Assembly: GCA_016906335.1 (NCBI GenBank)
Contig: JADEYG010000003.1
Location: 1,674,001 to 1,738,000 of the forward strand
Length of the DNA stretch: 64,000 nucleotides
DNA from: Novakomyces olei
Taxonomy: Eukaryota
Direction of reading: 5' to 3'
Shown here: positions 13,524 to 26,028 of the stretch, piece after piece
Position numbering within the stretch: position 1 is the stretch's first letter
How the letters are laid out: each line of letters starts with the position of its first letter
Notes under the pieces: model-generated
The model's database searches: none
What the model was told of the DNA's origin: nothing
Seen by the model: only the letters and a program-made list of their open reading frames with translations
Made by a program: the position numbers and the translations under genes

Positions 13524-14559
13524 TGCGTTTTCTCATACGCGAATGGCGGGTTGCAGCTAATCGCTTTATCGTTTCCCTGTAGTCGCTTTAAATGGCTTAT
13601 CGTCAAAACAACCACCAAGGTATTATTTATCTGCGGCTATGACAAGAGATATTAACAGTGGAGATAGAATAATTGAATGTACCAAGTTCGCTTTCAAAAC
13701 TAGCTTGAGATGGATGACAGCGTTCTGTTTGGGCTTCTCAAGACGTCAGAAAAAATCATTTTGAGATTCTTGTGAAGCGCATAGCACGCAATTTATCAAT
13801 ATGGTTTTGGATATAAAACTAAATTTCAGGCGCCCATCGGAGATTACGTTTTACAATAACGGCAATACTAAATTAATGTTCCTACTTGGCCTCATTTAAA
13901 GACTTGCAATTATACATCTAGGCAACTTTGTGATTCTTGAAGGTGTGATGAAGACATTAGGAGGCGATAAGGATATAATAATATCCGTTATTGGGCTTTT
14001 ATTGAAATTCGTAGACAGAGGAAGTAGTAAATTTATATGCGTTTGTAGTCAATTTGAGAGGGAAAATTACGGATTGTGATAAAGCTTAGTTAGCTTTGGA
14101 ATAATTTCACTACATTAAAAAAACCGTTTTATTTATTAAGCATTGCGTGTACGTAACCTAGCAATGTAATAGTTGCTATATATATTTATAGTCGTCGAAT
14201 CATTTACTGCAAAGGAGCATAAAGTTTAGCGGGACCTATTCTTAATAGCGCAAAAACTTATCTAATACTTTGTGCCAATATAATTCTTACGGCCAATAGC
14301 AAAAGCACTCAGGAATATGCTTTATTCCTTCTGGGTTGCGCCAACAATCCCCTCACTAATATATTGTTTACGGGCTGATTTAAAACACGTGAAGGATCTT
14401 ACGCCTGACTAAAACTCTTGTGGCTATAAACAAGCAAGTATATGGGATGATCTTGCCCATTACAGGAAGGGGCAAACTGAAAAGCCGCCGAAGAGGTACA
14501 AGTCTGCCTTTCAAGATTGCAACTTGTGCTGACTGAGTAGGAAAATACTGTTAGGGATC

Positions 14560-15335
14560 CCGTTAGCATAAAAATTTAGTAGCACAGAATACTTGTACGT
14601 TTCCAAAACGGCGTGTAAATCACCATAACGAAGAACAGACCGAAAACAATACCCATTAAATTCAAAATGCAAGAAATAATTTTTCCGATATAATTGAACA
14701 TTATACGCAGTCCCTACACCATTAGATTTGATATTTTACAGTGTTCAGTTACAATACTTACAGAAATGGCAAATCTATATATAATAACGAAAACGTGAGA
14801 CACTAATGAGCTGCTTTCCTGTTGCGTTCGGAGCAATAGCTTCACGATACACACCATAAATAATGACGGTCAAAAAAGCGATAAGCTCCGCAGAAAATGC
14901 AGAAATACAGGACATGAACAGTATCAAGAGGTCTGCCGCCGCTACTTTTTTACCATAAGCGCAGTAAGCCCGCAAACCATAGGCATACCTTCGTTCACTC
15001 CTGCTGTTGGGATATGATTTGGGAACAACACAACGTGTATAAAGCCAATTGTTGCATACATAAGGCCGCCGGCGATTCCGTAGCGATAGGCATATGTACT
15101 GCTAGTGAGCAAAGGACCAGGCCAGTACGAACTGCTGACAACGCCATTTGCAACAAGCCCTTGCTCGACTGACCTCAATGCAGTTGAAAAATGTTTCCGA
15201 ACTCTGTTTTTCATCCACGTATTTTGAAAGCGCCCTCGTGATGCCACAAATTAGCATTGTGAACGGTGCAACCAGACCAAAGGCAAAGCCATAGCCATAT
15301 GCTGAAGTACGTGAAGGCAGGATTTCCGTTTGGCC
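14560..15335 (-). pseudogene. Degenerate urea/polyamine Na+:solute symporter (DUR3-like) remnant
   Basis: FSTALRSVEQGLVANGVVSS..LLTSSTYAYRYGIAG resembles the DUR3 N-terminal helices. Downstream pieces are in different frames, with stops and deletions. Confidence 0.65.
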
Positions 15336-15655
15336 CTAAATGCAAAATTGTAATGCTAAACGTTAAGCTTAGGCGAACTTTAGACCAAAGCTAACCAATG
15401 GAAAGTTTTAGTCGAAGGCCATGTACATAGATATATGTGGAAGATGGGAAAAATATCTTGCGGTCACGGAGTTTGTAATTTCGTAGTCTCTGTGAGCTCT
15501 CGTGCTAGGATTACTCCATGTCGTCAATACACTGTGTATATAAATGGTGGGGTTGGCCGGGGTCACAGCAGATAATTATTTTGGCGTTTAGTTGGGGCCG
15601 GGGTTAGGGTTAGCCAGGATTAGTAGGGCCACAGTAGATTACTAGTTTAGTGGGG

Positions 15656-15673
15656 TCAGGGTTAGTTAGGGTT
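15656..15673 (+). repeat. Telomere-like 18-mer TCAGGGTTAGTTAGGGTT, left copy
   Basis: Identical to 17022-17039. An additional GGGTTAGGGTTAG lies at 15601-15613. Confidence 0.9.
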
Positions 15674-15777
15674 ATGCAGTTGGATTTAATATAATATCGG
15701 ACGAGGAACACATATTCTAATGTCTGTTTAGCAGAGGCCCACACAGCATAGATCCAAGACGACGGGTGGGGCAGCTT

Positions 15778-16590
15778 ATGCAGAGCGAGCTGGATTACGA
15801 AACCAGCGTAGCGCATTGGGGTCCTCCGGTTGTTCGGGTTGTTACTACTGATGCGATCGAGATCCTTGCGATTCCGTTTTCCTTTATCAGAGGCGGAGGA
15901 AGCAACACTATCAAACAAGTCGCGTACTTGAAGCTTGTTTTGCAAAGCGCGCTGGAAAATGACGCGGAAGTTTATGAAATAAGCCGTAGCTCAACTATCT
16001 GTCGGCTTGATGAACAAATTATGGCCGGCACATATGTGCTTACTCGGCCACTAGCACAAGATATCCGGTTTCGGCGGGGACCGCAAGGCAAATCACGTTC
16101 GAAAACCCTTTCCACAACCGCGTCGGAGTCGAGTGTGAGCAGATCCTCTCGTAGCTCGACTCAGCAGACCTTTTTTCGACTTGAAACTATTGCTAGAGAT
16201 TCAGGTGAGTGCATAGTGTCGCATGTTAGGGGAGTCGCTAGACTCGAAGCCTGTCACGTCGTGCCGTATAGTCTTGGTCAATCCTTTTTGGATGGTGTGA
16301 CGCAATACGAGGAGTCTGGCTTGCGAATTTATCTGAATAGCGTTCGAAATGGTCTAACGCTGCGCAAAGAATTTCATGCTCCCTACGATCGTTACGAATT
16401 TGGTATATGGGTCGAAGACGGCAAGTATTACGTGCATGCCTTCACTGATGAGGTGGAGTACCACGGGCAAGAAGTTTCATGGATACCCAGTGTCCCGGAG
16501 AGTGAAAAGCCAGAGCCTCTTCTACTAATGTGGCATTATCAACAATGCATTATGGCGCGCTTTCGGGGATTTAAAGTCTCCATGATATGA
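15778..16590 (+). CDS. HNH endonuclease-domain protein, intronless
   Basis: Motifs RDSGECIVS, LEACHVVP, RNGLTLRKEFHAPYDRY and LLMWHYQQCIMARFR. First ATG at 15778. Confidence 0.88.
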   Translation: MQSELDYETSVAHWGPPVVRVVTTDAIEILAIPFSFIRGGGSNTIKQVAYLKLVLQSALENDAEVYEISRSSTICRLDEQIMAGTYVLTRPLAQDIRFRRGPQGKSRSKTLSTTASESSVSRSSRSSTQQTFFRLETIARDSGECIVSHVRGVARLEACHVVPYSLGQSFLDGVTQYEESGLRIYLNSVRNGLTLRKEFHAPYDRYEFGIWVEDGKYYVHAFTDEVEYHGQEVSWIPSVPESEKPEPLLLMWHYQQCIMARFRGFKVSMI

Positions 16591-17021
16591 AAAGAATGCT
16601 AAAACATATTCAAGACGGTCGTATTAAATAGGAAACAACATACATATAGTTATAATAGAATTAAATTAGAAAAATGGGAAATTTAAGAGTGCAGTGAAGG
16701 TGTACAGGCAACCAAACATAGAAAGAAGGCTTTTTACAACTAACTAAATCTAGGAGCCTGTTTGTTACGGCTACAGAGTAAGAGGTAAAGGAGAGGGAGA
16801 GGTAGGAGAGAGAAATAAGTGAGAATTTAAGTCAAGGATGGATGAATTGAAAATGCTTGTGTAAAAATGAAAAAAAAAAAGGTATGAAAAGAAAAGATAT
16901 AAGAGATTGAGGAAAAGTGGGGGATGATAAAAATTGGCGGAGGATAAGAAATGAAAGAGTACGAAGAAAAAGTTGGCAGACTTGAGGGAAAGCAGAGGGT
17001 AGTTGTGAGAAGGAGAGTTAA

Positions 17022-17039
17022 TCAGGGTTAGTTAGGGTT
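17022..17039 (+). repeat. Telomere-like 18-mer TCAGGGTTAGTTAGGGTT, right copy
   Basis: Identical to 15656-15673. Confidence 0.9.
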
Positions 17040-17846
17040 GGAGGGAAATATGCCTTTTAAGTTATTAGTCTAGTTGAATATAAAATAGAACACCCTAACG
17101 GCCGAAGTGTTACATAACTAGGTTGCACATATATAGCCAACTCTCATGCGGAATATTATCAATGAAATTTGTATACATTTATCATTATACTGTAAGCTTT
17201 ATTTTGCGTGGGCTTTCCTCGTACAATAATGTGCGTTTTTAGTTCGCTTACGGATAAGCTATAATTGTCTAATCAAAGCTGAGCCTCCAGCCTAACTTAT
17301 TGTTGCAAAAACTTGAAACAGAATATGTTCCAATTCATCAGTATTCAATTCACGAAACTTGATAAGAAAATGGGGAATATTAATGAGATGTTGAGGAAAG
17401 CACTAGACAAAATATGCCTATCATTGTTACGAATGTACATGCTACAATTCTTGGGCATTTCATAGTATCCTTTGTAGTGTGACATAGTATACGTATATAT
17501 ATATATATATCTAGGCCTATCTCCTCGGAAAATCTATTAATAAACTTAGCTTGATCTCAGCTATCAACAGTGATTTATAACGTGTTTCATAGGTTGCCAA
17601 ATCTAGTAACAACTTGCGACGCTGGTCGATAAGCATAGATTTGCAATAGCCACTTCTTATTGGCTACACACCATATCTATTGATGGCCCGCACGTGCTGG
17701 AACGTCGAAATCTTGATTGAAGAATTATAATGAACGGAACCCAAAAGTCGCGGACGGTATTGGTCCTGTTTCGTGTATTTAGTCACCTCTACAAACTTGA
17801 AGTTTGGACTGTTTGATCAAAGTCAGATCTTTTCAGATCAAATTCC

Positions 17847-19381
17847 ATGGTTGGACGGCCATACAAGAACCGATGTATCACGTGCAGGAGACTGAAGGTC
17901 AAATGTGATGGAGCAAGACCGCTTTGCCAAAGATGCAATGTGTCAGGGCGAGATTGCCAAGGCTATTTAGTAAACTATCAGTTTGTCATGTGCAATGCCT
18001 CTGAAACAAACTCGCTACTCAATTCCGCTTATAAAAATGGCCTTTGTTACCTCATGATCGAAATATACTGTCCCAGCTCAGACAGAGATTTACTTCCGTG
18101 CGAACCAGGAATAGATCTCACACACAAGTGCTGTCGCTGGCTTTTGGAGGCTTGCAATATCAGAAATGATAGTTCCACGCTGGAGCATGCTCTCATGGCA
18201 TTGGCATTCTCCGTGATAACAGCAAAGCAAATTCACTTTAACGGGCACTACAACATAAGAATGAACGGGTACAGAGAGTATGCACAAGCAGTACGTTGCT
18301 TGAACCACGATATAGATTGGCTCTGTAAAAGGAGCAAAACAATGCCAATAGATATGGGTCAGATCTTACCTGCTTGTCTTGCCTGCATATGTTTCGAGGT
18401 GATATTTGTTTTTCAGAGCCTTGCTAATTGCCAGCTGCTGAGCGTGGGTTCCTTGAAAGCCTCCCTACTCCACATCAATGGTCTTTTGGCCTTGTTTGAT
18501 CGCTTTGTGGAGAATGTTTTGTCGTCCCAATTGATATTCGACGTATATTGTGAACTCCAAGTCATCGAGGTATTTTTTAAAAATCTTGGGCTCGTTACTA
18601 AACAAAATTAAAATAGTTGATCCGAGGAATTTCATTCCGTAACGCCTCTAGCATGACACAAAGGCCAAAAAATCTGCGCAATATACTGGACTGGAGAGTA
18701 AGGCCCTCGCAGACTCTTTCTCATCTGGTGCACAAGCTGTTCCCCATATTGGAGAAATACGACAATTCTGGTGATAGGCTTGTGCCTAACGAGCAAGTTC
18801 TACTTTTGAATGAAACGCTTGATTTATGTCAAGAAATGAAGATTGGCCGACTTGAAAACAGTACTTACGCTTACGAATCTTTATCCTTCCAAGTGCAAGA
18901 TGGTGACACGTCCTTAGCAAACCTCTTCTTTCAGTCTCATTTTAAGCAGACCCGTATTATGAAATACTTTTCCGTCCTCTGTGACACAATTTCCATTGTT
19001 ATTATTGATACTCTTGTGGGCCTACGTGATCGACTGGTCAGCTTAGGCATGCATGAGTACATTGAGGCTACAGAGGAGCTCTTAAATACATATGAGGCAT
19101 TAAAATGGGACTCACCAGACTGCGCTGACAGAATTTGCCAACTTGGGGAGTATTTTTTATCTGCCGATGTTGGACTCGTAAGTAGTCTTTTATATGTTTT
19201 TCCGTTCACTGTGACTTGTGATTTCTATAAAGGCAAATACAGATCCGTTGGAAATCGCAACGGAGTTTGCGCGCAATTTTCCCCGAATAACCACGATGTT
19301 TTGTCCCGAAAGACATTGTGCGAAAACATGATGCAAAAGCTGGAACAGACAGCTCTGTCTGCAGATATGTTGTATCGATAG
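17847..19381 (+). CDS. Zn(II)2Cys6 transcription factor (3 exons)
   Basis: CITCRRLKVKCDGARPLCQRCNVSGRDC cluster. Introns at ~18399-18434 and ~18570-18616. Confidence 0.88.
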
Positions 19382-19743
19382 AATTCCTAATTGCTTGTAA
19401 GCTTGTTAGAATTTGCAGATACCAGACACGAAGTACAAATCAGGTTATATGTCTTTTCCCGATGAAATAGTCCTATTATCTATTTCTAATCAAGTAGAAG
19501 ACTGATACTGCCAAAAGCGGGTTTAATGATTGGCTCGCGCTGAAACAAAGCATGTTCAAGCTTTGTACAAAAGAATGAGCGTCAATTTTGACTGCCAATC
19601 TGTGACGTTGAAATTTGAATCAATTGGGTCGTGGTGGAGCTATATCAGTAGACATCAATAGACATTACTGGTCGAGGGCTAATTATTAGTACATCTTGAA
19701 TAAATCGATAAAATATTCTTCCTGGTTCTAAAATGTATGAATA

Positions 19744-22700
19744 CTAACTAAATCTACACTTATCAAGTGTCTCACTGAGATTTACAGGATTTGCAAGCCA
19801 AATAGCAGCGTTAAGAAATTCGTCCATGGCATCTGCTACTTCTTTTGCCCCAAGCTGCGCACCGTCATATCGGCAATCAAGCACAACACGACCTTCTAGC
19901 AGCCTGAGATCCCAAAGTATTCCAACATCGGCTCTAGTCACGAAACGATTGCCTTTAAGCTTTGAGTCTGTCTGAGCCAAGGTGCTGTGCTTCATCTCAG
20001 GTAGCCAATTAAAAACCTGCCTTCTAAGAAGAGAATCAAATATTTGTGAGTCAGAATTATTTCCTCCAGCAGTATCTCCCGACTTTAAATACTCTTCAAT
20101 CATGAATAGAGGAGCGTGTGCATTCTTTGTTAGTTGTACCTGATCGATTTGAGCTCTCTTCAACAGATCAAAGGCCTTTTCACCCTTATGGACTGCAATT
20201 CTGTTTATCACAATTTCAAAGGTAGGACCAGCAATCTCCATTGCATCAATAGGTGGGAGTCTGACTTGTGGTTGCAACGGCAGAAACCGCGCCGCTTCGT
20301 AACTTGCAAAAATTGCTTCTGAAGCCCTAGTTTTGAAAGCATTGAACAGTGCACAAGCTGCTTTCAATACAGTTGATGGAGCTATACCGTGACTCGACAT
20401 GAGTTGAAGAATACCTGGAAGCTGAACTGTTTTCTGTATTCCTTCAAGGCCTTGACTGCTTTGCCACGTTGAATTTCGTGAAATCTGGAGGTTCTCACTG
20501 CCGCTATTTGATCCCACTCCCGAACCTATAAACCATTCGGGTGCTCTCTGAGAAGGCCACATTGCATCTTTGTATTTGCCGATGCCTTTCAATCGTAGGG
20601 CATGAAACTTTACTTGTTCCATTGCAGCTTCACTGCTCCTCCAGGCGGTAAATACGTTCATGAAATCTCTGTAAGGCGTATGTGGGCGTAACTGCTTTGA
20701 TTCATTACGGAGAAGAGATTCAAGATCCTCAAGCCACATGTTTAGGGAAAGGCTGTCAAAGACGGAATGCTGGATCTCATAAACCATACCAAGTTGGCCA
20801 GTCTCCCGTACTCCAATTACTGAAACCCTCATCAGAGGTCCTGGAATGGCGACAATGTCATGCTCTGGATTGTCGTCCTGACAGTAGCCGAGATCTTGCT
20901 CAGTTTCCACCGCTGAACCACATCTAATTTGCTTCTCAAACCATCTTTCACTTGGACGCATGACAAGATGCACTTTGAAATTCTCAGAGATAGCTGCCAT
21001 TGTTCGCAACATGGGATTGTTTTCTAGCGATTTCCTCAGGGCATCAGCAAAAAAAACTTGATCTGTAACGGAACTGACCCAAACATGCCTTTGAGTTTCT
21101 GACTGCTGGCGTCTTTTTTGAGAAATGAACTGAACAAAATCTCTCATGGGTATGACGTCTTCAACGTCCGTCCAAGACAGATTAAGAGGCTCAAGCACCA
21201 AATTTGCGCTAAAAATTAATTCATCTTGGGACACCGTATCCTCAGCCTGCAACGCCGGCTGTACCTCTGACAGCAAGATCTCTCGGTCGTCAATCAATGC
21301 TGCCTGCTTGCAAATTGTGTCGTGATGAGCCAATTCGTCAAGACTAATTGCCTTGCTAAACACCTTTTGTACGATTCCACAGAACTGCATCATCATTAAG
21401 CTATCAACAAACTGACTGACTGGCATTTTTGGATCTAGAGCATTTGCATTGGTGTGGGCAACGTGTGCCCATATATGGCTCAGTCTTGCTACGGTAGACC
21501 CAATTTGGAACAGTTGCGCCTCCTTTGGCAGCGAATTTTCAGTATACGATTGAACCAGTTTCGAAATAGCAACTTTCTGGATCTTTCCGGAGGCAGTCAT
21601 AGGGTACTCGGTCTTTCCGAGATCCTTCGCAAGGTCAACGGCCAGAACAGGAACGTATGAAGGTCCGAGCCTTTTGAGCACAGCTTTCTGAATATCCTCA
21701 AGTGTGAACTTTGCGGGTTCTCGAACTTTAATAACAGCTACGGGTACCTCTCCGGCAACATCATCTCGTAGCCCAACAACTTGAGATTTCTACCGACACA
21801 GTTAGTGATCAGAAAGTATTCCTCTTTTGCCACCTACCACTATCCCATCTATTCCGTCTATAATTTTTTCCACTATTGCCGGTGATATGTTTTCACCGCC
21901 TCGAATGATTATATCCTTATATCGGTCGAGAATGTAAACCTGCCCACTCTCATCCATAACTGCCTGATCTCCCGTAACAATCCACGCTGTATCGTTTTCA
22001 TCTTTATAAAAGGGATTATCGCTCACCTTGCCAGAGTATGTGGAAATTATCATAGGACCGCCCTGATGCAATTCACCAATCTCTCCGCGCCGGATAGGAG
22101 TTCTCGACTTTGGCAGACATATTTTCACTTTAGCCCCAGGAACAACGGTGCCAACGGAAACCACATTTGGCAACATTGAAGGATTTTTCGAATTTTGCCA
22201 TCGAACGGATGGTATACCCTCAGTCATCCCAAATCCATTGCCATAATTTTCAACACCAAAAGCCGACTTGCAGAGCTCGAGAACGTCGGGAGTAACAGTA
22301 GAGCCGCCCAAACTTATCGAAACAAGAGACTCCAATCTTGTTGCTTTTTGTGAAAGAAACAATGCCATTATTTCGATCATAGCTGGAACAGCCGTCATGT
22401 GCGTACAAGCTTCCTGATTGATTGCTTTCAAGCTGGCATCAGGAGCAAATGTGTTGCTCGGAAACACAACGGCAGCCCCTGCCATCCAAAAGATCAGCGC
22501 AGACGCTAGCCCAAAGATATGAAACAAAGGAAGATGATTGACGCTTTTGTCAGTGGGATTAACTTTCTGAATCTCCAATACAGAAGAAGCAGCAGCCGAT
22601 AAATTGCTATTATCGTAAGGACAGCCCTTTGGTGTTCCTGTAGTGCCACTAGTGAAGAGCAATACAACAAGATCGGATAGACCAATTCGAAATTCCGCAA

Positions 22701-23286
22701 ATGCCGAGATTTTGTCTTTACCGCTAATCAAATCTGCAAACCGTAGCCATCCGGGCTCATCTCGATCCGTGTGCAATACGACTTTTGTAATAATTCGATG
22801 CAAAACTTGCTGACCGCACACTTGAAGCGCTTGTACCATCTTCCCATCCGCAACGACAATAGCTCTAGGGCTCGCTGTCTCAAGTACACATCGGCATTCT
22901 TCAGGCCTTGTTAGAAAAGCAGGATTGAGCGGAGTAAAACAAGCTTTCAATCTAATCGCAGCCCAAAACAGCAAGGCCACCTCTGCTTGATTGAAAAGAA
23001 AACAAACAATTGTGCTTTTGGGCCTAATTCCACGCTTCAATAGTTCTTTCGCAATAACACCGGAATCGTTCCAGAGTTGAGCATATGTGCGCCGAAAGCA
23101 ATCCCTCGCTTGAATCCCAGTATCGTTGTTAGAATAGCAGTCGGGCTGATGAATTGATATAAGCGCTTCTCTTTCTGGATGTTTGAGGACAGTGTTCGCC
23201 AAATGCTGATGAATTGTTTCAAGATTTGGCAACTCCTTCCCTACCGCCTCCGCGGGAAGCTTTGAAACTGGAAGAGCCAAGTCCAT
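19744..23286 (-). CDS. Monomodular NRPS-like enzyme (acyl-CoA-ligase-type A domain, thiolation domain, condensation domain)
   Basis: A domain: FTSGTTGTPKG, GFGMTE, TGD, RYKDIIIRGGENI, TASGKIQK. T domain: VDSL. C domain: QHSVFD. A 48-nt intron (21790-21837) joins the two ORFs in frame. Confidence 0.88.
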
Positions 23287-24057
23287 TGGTTGGCTGAAAC
23301 GTTTGGCATGTCGAACTCATTGCGTTTAAATAGGCTGCGGGTACCAAATGACGAAAGGTAAGCCTGGCCAGAATAGGTGATATGCTGTCGTGAACGATTT
23401 CTGGAAGATTAATTTCAAACAAAGCCAAATATGCTCAAATTATTCGTCTTGCGCTGCAAGTCTTGATCTCTTTCGAGGGTTAGGCAACCCTCCTTTTAGT
23501 AATATTTTGCGATAAGCGGACTGCAAGAAAAGGGCGCCGCACTTATATCTATGAAACAAATATAATGTTCGCACTTTATAACCAATATGAGGAATTTGTA
23601 AAACCTAAATAATTATAATTATTTATTCGATTTAAACTAGGCTTTCTGTACTTGGTTTTGATCTTCTTTTTACTATTCACTAATAGCGGAGTCTCATTGG
23701 CAGCATATATTCTTTTGGTTTCTCGATATCATTGATGATCTATAATTGAAACATAAAAGGCCGCAACTGACTCAAAATAAAATCCACTTGAGCAGAGTCA
23801 ACCTTATATATACCACGAATCAAGTCTATATCGCTTCCAGTTCTCTGAGTGTAGATTCAGAAAACGCGAACCATGGCATGGCACCATGGCATGAGGCAAT
23901 TATAAAGGCCAAATGGAACTGATTTTTTGTCCACACTTTATCAAACCTTACAAGACAGAATAAAGAATGGTGACTATAGATCTTAAGAGAGTAAACTAAA
24001 ACTCCTGAGATAAACGTTCAACCTCTTAAGGGTCAAACGGTTTCAAAAAGAAACATT

Positions 24058-25431
24058 CTAATCTGCAAGCTTAAGAATCCAGTTTTGGATTCCCCCAAGC
24101 TCTTGCTCAGCCTTATCCCAGCAGTATCCGAACATTGTATGGTTTAAAATAGTGCTGTTGTCGCCACGGGGTCCATTATTGAAGAGCACAAAGGCGCTGT
24201 CGGTAATGGTAGACATGTCCATTAGAGGCTCAAAAACGATCACATCACTGGTCTTTGATGTGCCCTCAGCAGCCGCACCAAAATTTGTCTTGGCAAAGTC
24301 GAATGACCCCCAGTGCGTTATTGTCAAGTTGAAGTCAAAAGGAACGTCAAAACAGGGCGTGGGAAAAGAGTCCTGAATTTGGTTTAAAATCTTTGATAGC
24401 TCTGCTGGGCTTTCGGTAAGCTGAGCAAAATACTCCTTTATATTAATCACTAGTTTTGGGAAATCGAGACATTTAATCTTGTCAAAACTGTAGTTGATTG
24501 GAAGAGAAATCCACATATTGTGAGGATAATTCTCGTTTCCAGGAAATCGTGAGCGTAAGCCTACAATGCTGCACATACTCATTTTTTCAAAGCCACTTGG
24601 AGCGCGGCCAATAGATGAAAGCGTTGCAGAAATCGCAAACACAATGTCATAACGGGAAATTTTGAGATTAGTCGTTCTTTGAATGCTGGCTCGAATTTTC
24701 TCAATATGATCATTAGAAATATAGAAGCGTTTGGTCTGAGCCCTTCCGTTTCGGATCAACTGATAAGCCAATTTACCAATGACCTTGATCATCGCCCACT
24801 TGGACATTGGTAAATAATTAGGTAAAACATCACTACCTTTTTCCTTGAACGAAGGACAAATCATTACGTTCTGGATGGGCTGAATTGGGCATCCGTTGAG
24901 CTCGTTTTGCCAGGCAGTCAGCAGAAACCGCAAACCATGTGCGTCGCATAGCATATGAGAGGCAGTCAAGAGAATAGCTGTGTAGTCAGCAAATTTGGTG
25001 ATGTAAAGACCAATCATTGATCGACTGACATTGAGATAGCTTTTGGCTCCCTTTTCACGAAGCGGGAAAATGTTTGCGTAGTTGGGAAGATCAGATATTG
25101 TCAAGTCAGCATCTTCTGCCATAGCGTGGAAATTGTTGACTTCGAGTGCAGTGAAAATGCTCTCTGGGCTCTTATCAGAACACTCAAAGGTAAAAGGTTT
25201 ATTGTCCGCCTCATCAAATTTTGCAGGAATAACGTACTCCATCAAGCCACCAGCTTTGCTTTTAAGGCGGGCTCCAAAGATCGAATAGTGTTCTGTAATG
25301 ACCATGTAAAGGGCGTTTTTGAGCTTGAGCTCACTCAGCCGGCCCGTACAAATGAATGCTGCACGAATTACAAAGTCATTCGTAAAGCGAAAAGCATCAA
25401 GCGGACTTAGATCTTTGCTGCGGTCCATCAT
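24058..25431 (-). CDS. CoA-dependent acyltransferase (HxxxD transferase family)
   Basis: SHMLCDAHG catalytic motif; C-terminal THW...NFG resembling the DFG motif; intronless. Confidence 0.8.
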   Translation of the reverse strand: MMDRSKDLSPLDAFRFTNDFVIRAAFICTGRLSELKLKNALYMVITEHYSIFGARLKSKAGGLMEYVIPAKFDEADNKPFTFECSDKSPESIFTALEVNNFHAMAEDADLTISDLPNYANIFPLREKGAKSYLNVSRSMIGLYITKFADYTAILLTASHMLCDAHGLRFLLTAWQNELNGCPIQPIQNVMICPSFKEKGSDVLPNYLPMSKWAMIKVIGKLAYQLIRNGRAQTKRFYISNDHIEKIRASIQRTTNLKISRYDIVFAISATLSSIGRAPSGFEKMSMCSIVGLRSRFPGNENYPHNMWISLPINYSFDKIKCLDFPKLVINIKEYFAQLTESPAELSKILNQIQDSFPTPCFDVPFDFNLTITHWGSFDFAKTNFGAAAEGTSKTSDVIVFEPLMDMSTITDSAFVLFNNGPRGDNSTILNHTMFGYCWDKAEQELGGIQNWILKLAD

Positions 25432-26028
25432 AACGCTTTGACTTCATATCAGCGGTTTCACGAACTTAAAAATGATTTAACGGTTTAGCACGATAGTCCT
25501 ATTACGGCAAGATCTTGCGAAGGTTGTAAAACTCACTCAATTTAGAATTCAGGGACCGATAAATACCAATAGTCACAGATAACAGATATACCATATAGGG
25601 ATAATAGATAAATTATCTTATGCAACCAAATCAGTCTACCCCACGTAAACCGGTCAACATGAAAACTGGGAGAAAAGCATTCTGCGACCGTCCAGAGAAG
25701 CTAAGGAAATTCTGGATTAGCTTTCTACATAACTACAAGCGAAACAGGTAATGATATCAGCTTGCGGGCTTGCACTACAGCGATTGCGCTCATCATTTAA
25801 TGAATGATTCGAAACGTGATTCCCGTCTATAGTCACAAAGTGATGGATTGCGATGGTCTTACAAAATGCTTGAGAGACAAATGATCAAATAAATATCAAC
25901 TTTCACGCATAACTGCAAAGTCTCAAATCGCGAGCTACAGGCTTTAATTACAACCATTTCTGTTTCTTAGTGGCTGAAAACAGCTGTGTAGTCAACTAAG
26001 TATTTCTAGCAAAGCCTAGAATTAGCAT

